A stretch of 64,000 nucleotides of DNA. It comes from Octopus sinensis. Its lineage: Eukaryota. Location of the stretch: assembly GCF_006345805.1 (NCBI RefSeq), contig NW_021837034.1:3411-67410 (forward strand), written 5' to 3'. Below are positions 39,201 to 52,973 of this stretch, piece by piece (positions within the stretch are counted from its first letter, which is position 1; each line of letters opens with the position of its first letter). Under the pieces are notes generated by a model. The model did no database searches, was not told where the DNA came from, and saw only the letters and a program-made list of their open reading frames with translations. The translations under genes and the position numbers were made by a program.

Positions 39201-40284
39201 ATTTTATGTCTGTTTCCCATCCTGTCATGTGTTGGACAGGTTGTCATGAACTGATGAAGATCTCACTTAGAAATATAGTTCCTTCCACCTTCCCTCAAAG
39301 ACAAAGAGTGGAGGAGGACCACATCTCATGTTTGTGTAACATATTTGCTTTGTTTCTATCGTAAAAAACCACCCACTACACTCTTGGAGTGGTTGGCATT
39401 AGGAAGGACATCCAGATCAGATTGGAACCTGGTGCAGCCTCCCAACTTGCCAGTTCTCAGTTAAACTTTCCAACCCATACCAGCATGGAAAGCAGATGTT
39501 AAACGATGATGATGATGATTGGATGCTCTTCCTGACACCAATCTACACAACATACCCTATTTTAAATGGAAATTGCAGCTGTGATACCAGTGCCAGTGGC
39601 ACGTAAAAAGCACCCACTACACTCTCGGAGTGGTTGGCGTTAGGAAGGGCATCCAGCCCTAGAAACATTGCCAAATCAGACTGGGCCTGGTGCAGCCTTC
39701 TGGCTTCCCAGACCCCAGTTGAACCGTCCAACCCATGCTAGCATGGAAAGCGGATGCTAAACGATGATGATGATAAGGAACCCCCAAATTTTTGGAGCTT
39801 AAAATTTGGGTAAAAGGTTTTGTACGGGATCATGATTCTATCCATGTATAAGAAACTCCCATATTTTTTTAACCTAATTTTTGACAAAAAAAGGGGGGAG
39901 TATACAGTACTTCATACATTTTACCTTGGTACCAACACTAGAAAGGTGTCTTGTCCTTTGCAAGCCCCACAGAATCCTCTTGACTTTACATTGTGATCAG
40001 TTAAAATATGAGTTTTTCACATTTGAACAGCAGATATCACCACCATTAGCTTAACGATTTTCCATTAGTTCAGTACCCATTACATTCTTGGAGTTGTTGA
40101 TGTTAGGAAGGGCATCCAGCTATAGAAATCATTTCCATGTCCACCTTTCCATGCTTGCATGAGTCTGATAGAGTTTACTGAGGCAGATTTTCTGCAGCCA
40201 GATGCTCTTCCTGTTGCCAACTCTCGCTTGTTTACAAACAAAGTAATATTTCCCCATGTAAACTGGTATTCTGTCGACTACAAT

Positions 40285-40570
40285 GGTAAGGGTTTCAGTT
40301 GATCCGACCAATGAAACATCTTGCTTGTGGAATTAATGGTGCAAGTGGCTGAGCGCTCCACAGACACATACCTTTAATGTAGTTCTCAGGGAGATTCAGC
40401 ATGACACAGAATGTGACAAGGCTGTCCTCTTTGAAATAAAGGTACTACTCATTTTTGCCTGCTGAGTGGACTGGAGCGACATGAAATAAACAACGAGCCA
40501 CCAGGAATTGAACTCACCTCCTTATGGTTGTGAGCCAAATGCCCTAACCACTAAGCCATGTGCCTTCACT
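40285..40570 (-). mobile_element. CORE-like tRNA SINE (family C)
   Basis: tRNA-like head on the minus strand (tggcttagtggttaggg...gagttcaattcc). Uninterrupted homolog of 9825-10300. Confidence 0.78.
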
Positions 40571-40716
40571 ACTCCCACAATATTTTATATGTAATATCAA
40601 AATAGAATCTAAGTTCCTTCCTGAGCCTTTGGCTCATAAGGTCGACTTCCCAGAATCTTTTGCATATATATTCCTCAATGGACAGGACACCAATTCATTG
40701 CAGAATTACTAGTATA

Positions 40717-41125
40717 AGGCAACGAGCTGGCAGAAACATTAGCATGCCGGTCGAAATGCTTAGCAGTATTTCGTCTTGTCTTTACATTCTGAGTTCAAAT
40801 TCCGCCGAGGTCAACTTTGCCTTTCATCCTTTTGGGGGTCGATAAATTAAGTACCAGTTACGCACTGGGGTCGATGTAATCGACTTAATCCGTTTATTTG
40901 TCCTCTCTGTGTTTAGTCCCTTGTGGGTAGTAAAGAAATAGGTATTTTGTCTTGTCTTTATGTTCTGAGTTCAAATTCCAGCGAGGTCAACTTTGCCTTT
41001 CATCCTTTCGGGGTCGATAAATTAAGTACCAGTTACACTGGGGTCGATGTAATCGATTTAATCCCTTTGTCTGTCCTTGTTTGTCCCCTCTATGTTTAGC
41101 CCCTTGTGGACAATAAAGAAATAAG
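40717..41125 (+). mobile_element. Meta-domain-like SINE, tandem dimer
   Basis: ggcaacgagctggcagaaacattagc...gcctttcatcctt..ggggtcgataaattaagtaccag, present twice. Confidence 0.85.
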
Positions 41126-42810
41126 AATTACTCGTTTTTGCCAGCTGAGTGGACCTGACCAACATAAAATGAAAAGTTTTGCTTGTGGACACAAAACATT
41201 GATCAGTGCAGGAATTGAAACCACAACCTTAGACTCATGAGTGCGACATTCTAACCACTAAGCCATGCACCTACACGTCGTATGTAATATACAGAATGAG
41301 ATATCAGATTATACTCTGCAGGAGAGACTAGTCAAGGAGCATAAATAATTTATAGAGAAAATTAGGTGAAAAAGTATTAGGAGAGAAAAGTTGAAATAAC
41401 CAAACAATGGAACCAGAATTCATTTAGAATTGGTAATATGTGGACCAAACCGAAAGAGAAGCAAAATTGCAAATATATTTTAATCTATTCATAGTAAAAA
41501 TGTGAATGGTGTTGACTATTCAGGAACCTACATGTTTATCTCTTTGTCTAGTTTCCCAAACCTTGTAAATACTGGTCGAAAGGTCCACTGTTAAGTCAGA
41601 TCACCCCATAACCTTTGAAATTACAAAAGCCTGTTATATTATAAGTCCGCAGGGAAAACACCATATGTTCATCGACAATTGCCAATATGCAGTAGCAATA
41701 AAGCTGGTAATATTAGCAAATAAACAGCAACTCGCTATGTATAAATGCAGAGCTGTGAAGACAAGTTGAAGCAAGCGAATGTGACAAAAGGCTAGATTAA
41801 ATACAAGAGTTGTGTCGCCAGTTCGGTAACAATAATAATCATTATTGGCGATAAAAGTCATACAACTACATGAGACAAATCAATACAAAAGAAGGAAATA
41901 AAATCAATATATTGAAGATTACCAAGCCTATTTCGTTTCATCTTTTGCAGCCCTTTTCCTCTGAGCTATTAAAGTATTGCAACAAAACACTGACCGCGCA
42001 AGTAGATGAGGAGATACAAGAGGAAGACGAGAGAGAAGAGAAGAGAGGATCGTGGCCGGCGGCGGAGATGGGGTGGGGGGGCAGAGAGAAAGAAAGAGTG
42101 AGAGAGAGACAGGAGGGGGAGGGATTGTGTGTTCTGTATTCTATTGAGATGGTCTTTTACCATAACATCTCACTGATTATATCTTTGTATATTGTCATGC
42201 CTGCTCAGGTATAAACTGTTGAAGTTACTACGGCTACTACAACTAGTAGTAGTAGTAGCAGTACTGATATGATGAAGTTAGTTTCAGAATTTTTTTTGTT
42301 TTGTTTTGTTTTGTTTTTTTGTAGGTTTTTTTTTTTGTCTTAAATATAAGTTAGCAAATCTATCCATGCTATATCTATGCTACGATATCAGTTATCAATT
42401 ATTTTGAATTCCCCTCTGCAGGCATTTTTGCCATTTCGTATTGGTGCTTGTTGCATTTCGTGTTTGACGAGGTGGAGCCTGCTAAAGAGGGGAGGTGGGG
42501 TGGAGATTCCAGTCCAAGTTAGCTTGCAAAAGAATGACAATATGGTGGGGAATAAGCACAGACACACATTCATACACACACACACACACACACACACGCA
42601 CTCATCTATATACCTACCCTCCTTGTAATGTTGGCAAATGAAATAAGTATAAGAATGTGCATTGTCCATTTAATTAAAAAATTATTTCTATATGTGGCTG
42701 AAGATTGCTCGACATTTTAAAACTGATGTAATACTTACAGTGTTTAATAAAATGAAGTAGCATGAAACAATTGTACTACACTACCTTGGATATCCTTGTT
42801 GCTTATTTTG

Positions 42811-42842
<32 letters not shown>

Positions 42843-43350
42843 GATGATGATTGCCTCATCTTGTCAGATGATAAGCCATCTCACAGTGAATGAATTGTGA
42901 GACCCCTGTACGTCACGGAATTTAAGTGACTAAAGATTGTACAACACTTTTGCCTTTTCCTCAGTCATCATAGAAGGTTCCGTTGACAAGCATTGCAAGA
43001 ATGACGGTTACTATTTTGTCAGTCAAATCATCATCATCCTCATCATCATCATTTAACATCCGTTTTTCCATGTTGGCATGGGTTGGACTGTTTAACAGGA
43101 TTTGGTGAACCACAGGGCTGCATCAGGGTCCAGTCGTCTGTTTTGGCATGGCTTCTACAACTGGACGCCCTCCCTAAACACAAACCACTTTACAGAGTGT
43201 ACTCGGTGCTTTTTACATAGCACCAGCATGGCTCCCTATTATGCGATGCTGGTATCAGTGCTCTTTTACATAGTGCTGGGAGAGGTGCTTCTTTACAGGA
43301 CACAGCATAAGTACATTTTTTGTCTTATCAGTGGATTTTATATATATATG

Positions 43351-43407
<57 letters not shown>

Positions 43408-43599
43408 GAATGTATATATGTATATATATATATTCAAATATATACATACATATATATATACATATATATGCATGTATATATATATATTATACACACACAC
43501 ACATATACACATATATACATGTATATATATAAATATATAGATAGATAGATAGATGATATATATATATATATCATCTACACACACACTTTACTCACACAA

Positions 43600-43878
43600 G
43601 GACACATATGGTGACCTGTGTCCACACATATAGAGATGCACATCCATACATACAAACATGGTACATAGTTGCAAAACACACACACACATGCACACACAAG
43701 GAGACAGAAATGCATACATATACAAACATGCTTACACACACACATACATAAAAAATACACAAACACATACATGCAAGCACAAGAATATGCAGAATACATA
43801 CATACATATATACATATGCATACACACATGTACACATACACACATATGCATACATACATACATACAAACATACATACA

Positions 43879-43912
<34 letters not shown>

Positions 43913-44420
43913 CATACATGCATACATACATACATGCATGCATACATACATACCCACATACATACATACATACATACACACATACATACATACATACATA
44001 CATACACACATACATACATATATACATATGCATACACACATGTACACATACACACATATGCATACATACATACATACAAACATACATACATACATACATA
44101 CATACATACATACATACACACATACATACATACACACATACATACATACATACATACATACACACATACATACATACATACATACATACATACATGCATA
44201 CATACATACATGCATGCATACATACATACACACATACATACACACATACATACATATATACATATGCATACACACATGTACACATACACACATATGCATA
44301 CATACATACATACATACATACATACAAACATACATACATACATACATACATACATACATACATACATACATACACACATACATACATACATACATACATA
44401 CATACACACATACATACATG
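43600..44420. repeat. (CATA)n tetranucleotide satellite with internal block duplications
   Basis: Long CATA array. The variant block tatatacatatgcatacacacatgtacac recurs three times. Confidence 0.95.
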
Positions 44421-45849
44421 CAACGAAAATTTTAGGAAAATAAAAATAAGAAATAAGTGGAAATTTTACTGGTGAATGTGTTAAATTATAAAGCATAAAA
44501 AGAGAATGACTCTCCCCAGACACAACAGTATATATATATAATAATAATAATATAAATAATATATATATAAATGGCGGTGCCCCAGCATGGCCACAGCTCA
44601 TTAGCTGAAACTGGAAAAATCAAAAAAATCAAATATATACACACATACGTATATACATATACACATATATACATGCATGTATATGTGTGTGTGTTTATAT
44701 ATATATATATATTTATTTATTTATTTATTAAGGGCATTACTATACATAAATGCCTCACGGTAGGAGGGACTCTTAAAGTCAAAACTACCATAATAAATAA
44801 ACACATATATATATATCATAATCATCACCATCATCATTGTTTACGATCCATCTTCCATGTATGCATGTGTTGGACGGTTGTCAGGAGCCAGTTAGGTAGC
44901 AAACTACTCTCAGCTACTGTGTCTGCCTTGGCAGGGTTTTTACAGCTAGATGCCCTCCCTAACACTAACCACTCTGTAGGATGGACTCAGTGCTTTTTTA
45001 CGTGGCACTAGCACAGGTGAGGTTAGTCTTGGCATGATTTTTACAGCTGGATGCCCTCTCTAAATGTAGCACCAGCATTGGCAGGGTCACCAAGTAACTC
45101 TCAAGATGAGTTACTTATAAGAGGGGCAGAGGGGAACTTGTGTCAGAGGTTAGAGTGTGACAGAGACACAAAAGCAGGTGTCTTGCTATAAGGATGGGGG
45201 GAGGGCATTGAAGGAGGTAATCTGGTATCAGATGATGAAAGGTTAGATTGTGACAGAGAAATAGGTGTCTTTACTATAGAGGAGGTAGATGGTTATCCAG
45301 TGAGAGAGAAAGAAAGAAAGATAGAGGGAGAAGAGGAAGAGAGAGAGAGAGAGAGAGTAGGAAACAGCAAGTATAAGAGAGAACAGGAGAGAGATGGAGA
45401 AGTGCCAGGGTAACAAGGATCAGAGCATATATATCTCTCTATATATATGTATATATATACACATATATATATATATAATAAACATTTACATAAATAAATA
45501 ACGTGAAATACACGAAGGGACGAACAAAAAGACAAACAGGTCATTCAAAGCCTTCATTCTTCAGTCAGAAACTGATCCCTCATCGCAGATTTCGGCTGTT
45601 TAATTCTGATACATAATTATAGATATATAATATATATATATAATATATATATATATACATACACCACCACACACATATCTATATGTATATATACATACCA
45701 CACACACACACAAATACATGGTTGAAATTTTAAAAAAAGCAAAAAACGAAGACAGGTGTATAAACAACAAGCAGGTGTGTAAGTTTGATGCTCAGGAAAA
45801 ATGGGGGTTTTGGCCTCATTTATGAAAATTCATATATTTTTGTTGTTGA

Positions 45850-46900
45850 TGAAAATCTAACCATAGATATCACACAAATGAAGTAATATTCCTAAAATTT
45901 AAACTTCTTAGGAATTAGTAAGACCCCTTGATGGGGGCTCAACCTCCACAATTTAATCATTTTTTTCCTAAGCCAAGACAAATACAATTATAGTCTTGAA
46001 AGCTGTAGAGTCACCCGAGGATACAAGATGAGCATTATTTGTAATTCAATGGTACAACAGTGTAAGAATTTGCTTTCAGATATACTTAGATCGTGATTTC
46101 TGCAATGTGGTGCATAAATTGTCAAATATAGGAGAGGCATCTTTGCCTCCACTGATTCAGTTGCAAAGTGTTATTTTGAGTAAAGTTATTTGTGTGCAGA
46201 CCTCCTTTGAGCCTTTTTATTATCACTAGGTCAGAGATAGTCCCCAGATGGTAACATTGATTTCAAGGCCTTTCCACATAAGTGATTGGGCATTCAAAGA
46301 TATTTATAGATTGCAATCAGCATAGTGATCATTGGCAAACTTCAGAGGTGACATTTTCATTTACCCTTAGCCCTCACATCACACAGTTCTTAATGTTTAT
46401 TTGAGTTGGGTCATGCCCTTCCAATTGCTATAGATCCGTAATGCATCTTACAGCTGTGCTGACCACCTGTATGGTGGGGAATTCTACATTGGGGAGTGGT
46501 AACAACTAGGGTAGGGTAGCTGATCATTCATCTTTTGGTTTCCTCCAGCTTTGCTCTCTTTTACAAACCCAGTGAACATTCATATATTTTTGATTTCAAA
46601 GAAATTTGAACAATAGCTATAAGACACAAGTTAAAAAAAGATTCCCAATAATTCAACTTCTCTGGTTGACTTTAAGACCCTACCCCGCCAATAGGGGCCT
46701 TAACTCCCATATTTTAGAGCTCTGTGGGCTCCATTTTACAGGAGCAAAAACCTTTCAATGGGTTTTGTAATATTTGGATTTTGGAATCTGGGCATAAAGA
46801 TGAGTGGTATGGGATAAATATGTCATGATTAGAATTTTTGTTAGGCTGTGTAAAGAAAGAAAGAACCCCCATTAAAATTCTAAATCTCCAATTTTGATGA
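45850..46900 (+). mobile_element. probable decayed Penelope-like element (RT C-terminus + GIY-YIG)
   Basis: Frameshifted GEFYIGE...RVADH at ~46475-46526 resembles the PLE GIY-YIG motif YIGET..L..R..EH. Many stop codons. Confidence 0.4.
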
Positions 46901-47254
46901 AATTCAAATGATGGGTATTCCAGTTTTCTTTGTAGTTAGATCGTATGTGATCTTCTTCTAGCATATGGTTATCCACCTAGTGGTTTATCCCTAAATATAC
47001 ATGTATTGAAATGTTTTCTGATTTTTCAGATTTTTTATATATGCTAGGCTACTGGTTTAAATTGATATTAATTAAATTAATATTCAATTTATCTCCCTCA
47101 TTATTAAATTATATATATATATATATATGTCTTAATGTGTTTATATATCTATATCATCATCATCATATACATATGATGATGACAAATAAATAACTTTCTT
47201 ATGAGCTTCACCAGCTGAGTATATTGAGTCCTACATCGGGTTATTAGTATCACG

Positions 47255-47460
<206 letters not shown>

Positions 47461-47461
47461 T

Positions 47462-47770
47462 GGAGGTGCAATGGCCCAGCGGTTAGGGCAGCGGACTCGC
47501 GGTTGTAGGATCGCGGTTTCAATTTCCGGACCAGGCATTGTGAGTGTTTATTGAGCAAAAACACCTAAAGCTACATGAAGCTCCAGCAGGGGGTGGTGGC
47601 AATTCCTGCTGTACACTTTCGCCACAACTTTCTCTCACTCTTTCTTCTGTTAGCCTGCTCGCTTAGCCAGTGGGATGGCGTCATTTGAAGGCTAAAACAC
47701 TGCGAAGTGCATTGTGACCAGCGATGTGTAGCAACATCTGATAGCCTAATCGGTCACAGTGATCACAGTG

Positions 47771-47772
<2 letters not shown>
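47462..47772 (+). mobile_element. tRNA-derived SINE related to family B
   Basis: Head ggaggtgcaatggcccagcggttagggcagcggactcgcgg is shared with the 3793 copy. The 3' tail differs. Confidence 0.8.
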
Positions 47773-47803
<31 letters not shown>

Positions 47804-48089
47804 ATTTTGCGTTACTATATATATATATGTATTTACATGTTAGTATCTTTTTCCAGCCATTATTACAAATCAACCATTACAAATGATGATGATGATGATG
47901 ATGACATCATATGAATTGAATATTCAACATTTAGTCCAAGTTTTCATGTTTTTCTCACGCCCAACAAACTGTTTTCTCATATTCTAACAATTCATTATGA
48001 TTGTGTGAATAAAGTTTCCCCCTCTTGTTTTCATTTCACCTCATTACGCGTGTGTATGTGCGTGTATGCGTGCACGTGCATGTGTGATT

Positions 48090-48235
48090 AAGATATAGAT
48101 AGACAGACAGATAGACAGGCAAAGAGAGAGAAAGCGAGAGAGAGAGAGAGAGAGAGAGAGCAGACAGACAAACAGACACATAGATAAAGATAGATAGATA
48201 GAGAGAGAGAGATAAAGAGAGAGAGATAAAGATAG

Positions 48236-48318
<83 letters not shown>

Positions 48319-48356
48319 TAGATAGATAGAGAGAAGAAAGAAAGATAGAGAGAGAA

Positions 48357-48411
<55 letters not shown>

Positions 48412-48480
48412 TAAATATAGATATATAGATAGATAGATAGATATAGATAGATAGATAGATAGATAGATATAGATATAGAT

Positions 48481-48541
<61 letters not shown>

Positions 48542-48576
48542 AAGAAAGATAAGAGAGAAAGAGAGAAGATAGATAT

Positions 48577-48660
<84 letters not shown>

Positions 48661-48715
48661 AGATATATAGATAGATAGATAGATAGATAGATATAGATAG
48701 ATAGATAGATAAATA
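48090..48715. repeat. (GATA)n/(GA)n/(TA)n compound microsatellite
   Basis: Direct inspection. Confidence 0.96.
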
Positions 48716-48957
48716 TGTTTATAATATTTGAAAAGAAATTTTGGTATAGATTTGTTGCTGATTATCTTGTGGTGGTGGTGGCAAGCGGTGGTGTTGGTGG
48801 TGCTGAGAGGGATTACATCATACAGGAGACATATATTTCATATTTTACCTTTTACTTGTTTATTTTTCGTCTGTAGCTAGCTATGTGACACACAAACCTG
48901 TGTCGATTGCAACCTTTGAATAGGGGAGGTCAGCAGCTTCTCGTTGCTTGTTCAAAA

Positions 48958-49000
48958 TCCACAGACTAGTTTCGGGGTTTTTGCCCCTTATCAATGTGAA
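48958..49000 (-). ncRNA. degenerate minimal type I hammerhead ribozyme motif
   Basis: Minus strand UUCACA-UUGAUAA-GGGG caaaaa CCCC-GAAA-CUAG-UC-UGUGGA. Stems I and II, GAAA, a palindromic loop III and the GUC site are intact. The core carries two substitutions. Confidence 0.6.
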
Positions 49001-49084
49001 GCAGCCAAACCCAGCAGGCATCACTGCTGACTGTCTGTTCAAAAGGTTATTTACCTATATTCAGTGGAATACATATACAAATAT

Positions 49085-50835
49085 ACATGGTGTATTCCAG
49101 AAGGAGTGTTTTAAGAGAGGCATTTACAGCTGTTTTACATCTGTTTCACATCTGCTTTACATCTGTTCTTGGTAATTGTAATTTTAGTTTATTGTTACTA
49201 TAAATCTAATAAGCTGATCTGCCGAATTGTCTTATTCAGAGATTGAAGGAGACAGCTGTAACAGTACTTCAAACACATCCTAATAAATACTATTTATCAC
49301 AGCAGCTTAGAGTACACTCAGGAGATGAGGACAATTTGGGAGATTGCTTATACAATAAAGTTTTGAGTTAAACTGGGAGAAACTGTACAGAAACTTATGA
49401 AATGCTCCAAACTGGTCATGGATTAACTTGTATGAGCCAAGCATCTGTTTTTTTGCTGTCACCAGAGGTTCAAGGACAGTAGAGAGACGGTGAGAGACGA
49501 TGAGAAGTGTGGGAGAGAGTTGAACGTCAGAACATCAGAGCTGGCTGAGAAAATTCACAATTTTCTGAATGTAGATCATCATGTGTCTATAAAAACAATA
49601 AACATACAATTTGCAGTTGGTGTTGTTACTGTACACAGAATTATTCATGAAGATATGAAAATGTGCAAAATTTGTGTAAAAATTTGTCGAAAATATGTCA
49701 AAATTTGTGTAAAAATTTGTGTAAACTGTGCAAAATTTGTGTAAAAATTTGTGCAAAATTTGTGTAAAACTCAGTGGAAAATTTGTGTAAAAATTTGTGC
49801 AAAATTTGTGCAAAATTGTGTAAATATTTATGTAAAATTTGTGTAGAAATTTGTGCAAATTCATGTAAAAATTTATGTAAAATTTATGTAAAAATTTGTG
49901 CAAAATTTGTGGAAAAATTTGTGTAAAATTTATGTAAAAATTTGTGAAAAATTTATGTAAAAATTTGTGAAAAATTTGTATAAAAATTTGTGCAAAAATT
50001 TGTGTAAAATTTTGTGCAAAATTTGTGTAAAAATTTGTGTAAAAATTTGTACAAAATTTGTGTAAAAATTTGTGTAAAATTTATGTAAAAATTTGAGTAA
50101 AACTTTGTGCAAAAATTGTGTAAAGATTTGTGCAAAATTTGTGTAAAAATTTCTGCAAAATTTGTGTAAAAATTTGTGCAAAATTTGTGTAAAAATTTGT
50201 GTAAAATTTATGTAAAAATTTGTGAAAAATTTATGTAAAAATTTGTGAAAAATTTGTATAAAAATTTGTGCAAAATTGTGTAAAATTTTGTGCAAAATTT
50301 GTGTAAAAATTTGTGTAAAAATTTGTACAAAATTTGTGTAAAAATTTGTGTAAAATTTATGTAAAAATTTGAGTAAAACTTTGTGCAAAAATTGTGTAAA
50401 GATTTGTGCAAAATTTGTGTAAAAATTTCTGCAAAATTTGTGTAAAAATTTGTGCAAAATTTGTGTAAAAATTTGTGTAAAATTTATGTAAAAATTTGTG
50501 AAAAATTTGTGTAAAAATTTGTGCAAAATTTCTACAAAATTTGTTCCCAGAGAGCTTAGTGATGAACAGAAGGAAAGATGTGTTAGAAACAGCAATGAGA
50601 TTGTGTAGCTCATTACCAAGAGTACTTGGACCTCTGGTGACCTGCGATGAAAGCTGGATCTACTATTTTGATCCAGAGACCAAGAGACAGTGCACCCAAT
50701 GGAAGCATTCTGGCTTCCCCAGACACATGAAGGCCAGGAAAAGCATGAAAGCTCATGATGACCTTTTTTCAACAGTAAAAACATCATCTACACCCATTAG
50801 GTTCCATCGGGCCAGTTGGTCAACAAAGAGTACAC
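49085..50835 (+). mobile_element. decayed mariner transposon interrupted by a satellite
   Basis: Transposase pieces TETYEMLQT, HQRFKDSRETVRDDEKCGR, TVHRIIHEDMKMCKIC / KFVPRELSDEQKE (WVPHEL-type motif), LVTCDESWIYYFDPETKRQ (first catalytic D) and GQLVNKEY. Frameshifts and stop codons present. Confidence 0.92.
49662..50543. repeat. 11-12-bp satellite (G(C/T)AAAATTTGT)n inside the mariner transposase
   Basis: ~880 bp, roughly 75-80 units, with a 276-bp higher-order duplication. Confidence 0.96.
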
Positions 50836-50839
50836 TCTA

Positions 50840-51290
50840 AGCTTTCACAGCCCTTGATCTAGGGCAACATTGAGGAGGTAATGACTGGGAGACAAAGGGC
50901 TGCCCAGCACAAAGCTAGTACGAATTTTCAGCACCTTGAAAGCTATGCTAGTGGAGTGCAAGCTACTGACAGGGTCTTCCATGCTGGACAAGTCAAAGGA
51001 TAGAGGCCAGGCTGATATGGATCACTTTGTCTCAGAGGTAAAAGTGGGTTTCCTTGGGGCCAACATCCCTATCTAGAAAAAAGCAAAGTTACAGATGTAT
51101 TGATGGCAGTTCAAATCCAGCTGGACCTGACAGGAGAAAGCCTTCCCTGAGGGAAACATAGGCAGGATATTGAGGCAGAGCTGTAAAAGCAGGGATTCAG
51201 CTGGAAGGGAGCTGAAAAGAGATTAGAGATTAGTAGAGAAGGATTATCAATGGTTTAAGTTTCATAAGGATTGAAGGGCTCAAGTAAGCA
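50840..51290 (+). mobile_element. RTE-related non-autonomous retroelement fragment
   Basis: The 3' part reads RQDIEAEL*KQGFSWKGAEK...RIEGLK*, resembling RTE C-termini. Confidence 0.45.
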
Positions 51291-51434
51291 GTAGACTGGA
51301 ACATTGTGAAAGGAAGCAGCTTAGTGAAGCACACAACACGTCATCCACTCCAGAAACTGAACCCATGACCTTATGATCATGAGCCCAACACCCTGACCAC
51401 TGGGTCATGCACTTTCAAACACACACACACATAT

Positions 51435-51478
<44 letters not shown>

Positions 51479-52561
51479 ATCTTTTGCTAATGTATTGCCT
51501 GGCAAAGGATGTAAACATTGGTGAGGAGACCAAAAGAGCCAGGCTCTTTGACTAGAGTTTCTTGCAATGTTTGCCCTGGATTCAATTCAACACTTCCTTG
51601 TCATTCTCTGCCAAAATGCTATGGAACTATGATTTGTTCATTAGAAGCATGAGTATCCAAAATTTGTACAGCAGGATTTATAGCTGTTGGCATTTAGGAA
51701 GTTTGGCAATCATCCATTCCAGAAAAATGGTGCCTTGGAAGCTAGGCTGACACAAATTTTAGACAAAGATTATTAGGGAGCAGAACAATGTTTAGGGAAC
51801 ACAACAGGCATTTAGGGAGTCTGACAAAAACTTATTCAAGAGAATGACACTTTAGAATTTAATCAAACATTTTTTTCTAGGAAATAACATTTTAGAAGCT
51901 AGGATCCATTGAAAAGGGATTTGGCTGGCAATGGGCTCCTTCATTATAGACGGGGGACACAAATTAGTGTTAAGGGTACAATAGATCAGTTGCCTGCTTA
52001 ATGGTGTTATAGTAGGAAGTATAAGCAATCTCATCAAAATCTTTACAAATGAATCTAGTGAATTGGGAAGCTAAACCCCAACATTATCGGATGGGAAAAA
52101 ACACGAGTAAGAGACAGAAAGGTTCATTGTTCACAAATTATAATATATTAAACATGAAGAGGTACATCTATAAAATTGACAACTTTCCCATACATTCCTT
52201 GTTCTTCTTGTGAAGTAGGTTTTTATTTTTATTTTTATTTATTTCCTTTCATTTTCTTCCTTACATATTTACATTCACTTTTTCCCATACTAGTCTAGAC
52301 TAGATGTTGTACTTTTTTTTATTTCCTTCTATAAATTCAAAGAATCTATTGAGGTAAAACTTGTCTGACCTTCCATCATAATTTCATTCATGACTCTCAT
52401 GAATTATAAGAAAATTCAATTACATCCCCCCAGACATCATTGTTGCTTTATTTCGTTGACCCCTGGAAGGTCAAACAACAAATGTCCCTTCAGTACTGTA
52501 TGAAACTAGAATGGACAAGAAGGACCATGGCCAAATATTACAAGGCAATTTGTCCAACATA

Positions 52562-52973
52562 CTCTTACTCTTTACTCTTTTACTTGTTTCAGTCATTTGA
52601 CTGTGGTCATGCTGGAGCACCACCTTTAGTTGAGCAAATTGACCCCAGGACTTACTCTTTGTAAGCCTAGTACTTATTCTATTGGTTTCTTTTGCCGAAC
52701 TGCTAAGTTACGGGAGCGTAAACACACCAGTATCAAGCAATGTTGGGGGGACAAACACAGACACACAAACATGTACACACACACATACATATACGTATAT
52801 ATACATATATACGACGGGCTTCTTTCAGTTTCTGTCTACCAAATCCACTCACAAGGCTTTTATCAGCCCGAAGCTATAGTAGAAGACACTTGCCAAGGGT
52901 GCCACACAGTGGGACTGAACCCAGAACCATGTGGTTGGTAAGCAAGTTACTTACCACACAGCCACTCCTACGC
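52562..52973 (-). mobile_element. SINE family A, full length
   Basis: Reverse complement of the 7134 copy, including the (TTACTCT)n tail. Confidence 0.9.

Noticed and set aside
39251-39285. CTGATGA...GAAA hammerhead-like core
   Set aside because: Stem II is weak and stem I does not pair.
38914-39364. His-rich and Ser/Pro-rich ORFs (also the Gly/Thr-rich ORFs at 54.6-55.1 and 61.5-62.4 kb)
   Set aside because: Trinucleotide-repeat translations that are open in several frames on both strands.
49930-50787. 285-aa minus-strand ORF (FTQILHKF repeats)
   Set aside because: Antisense read of the satellite and the mariner relic.
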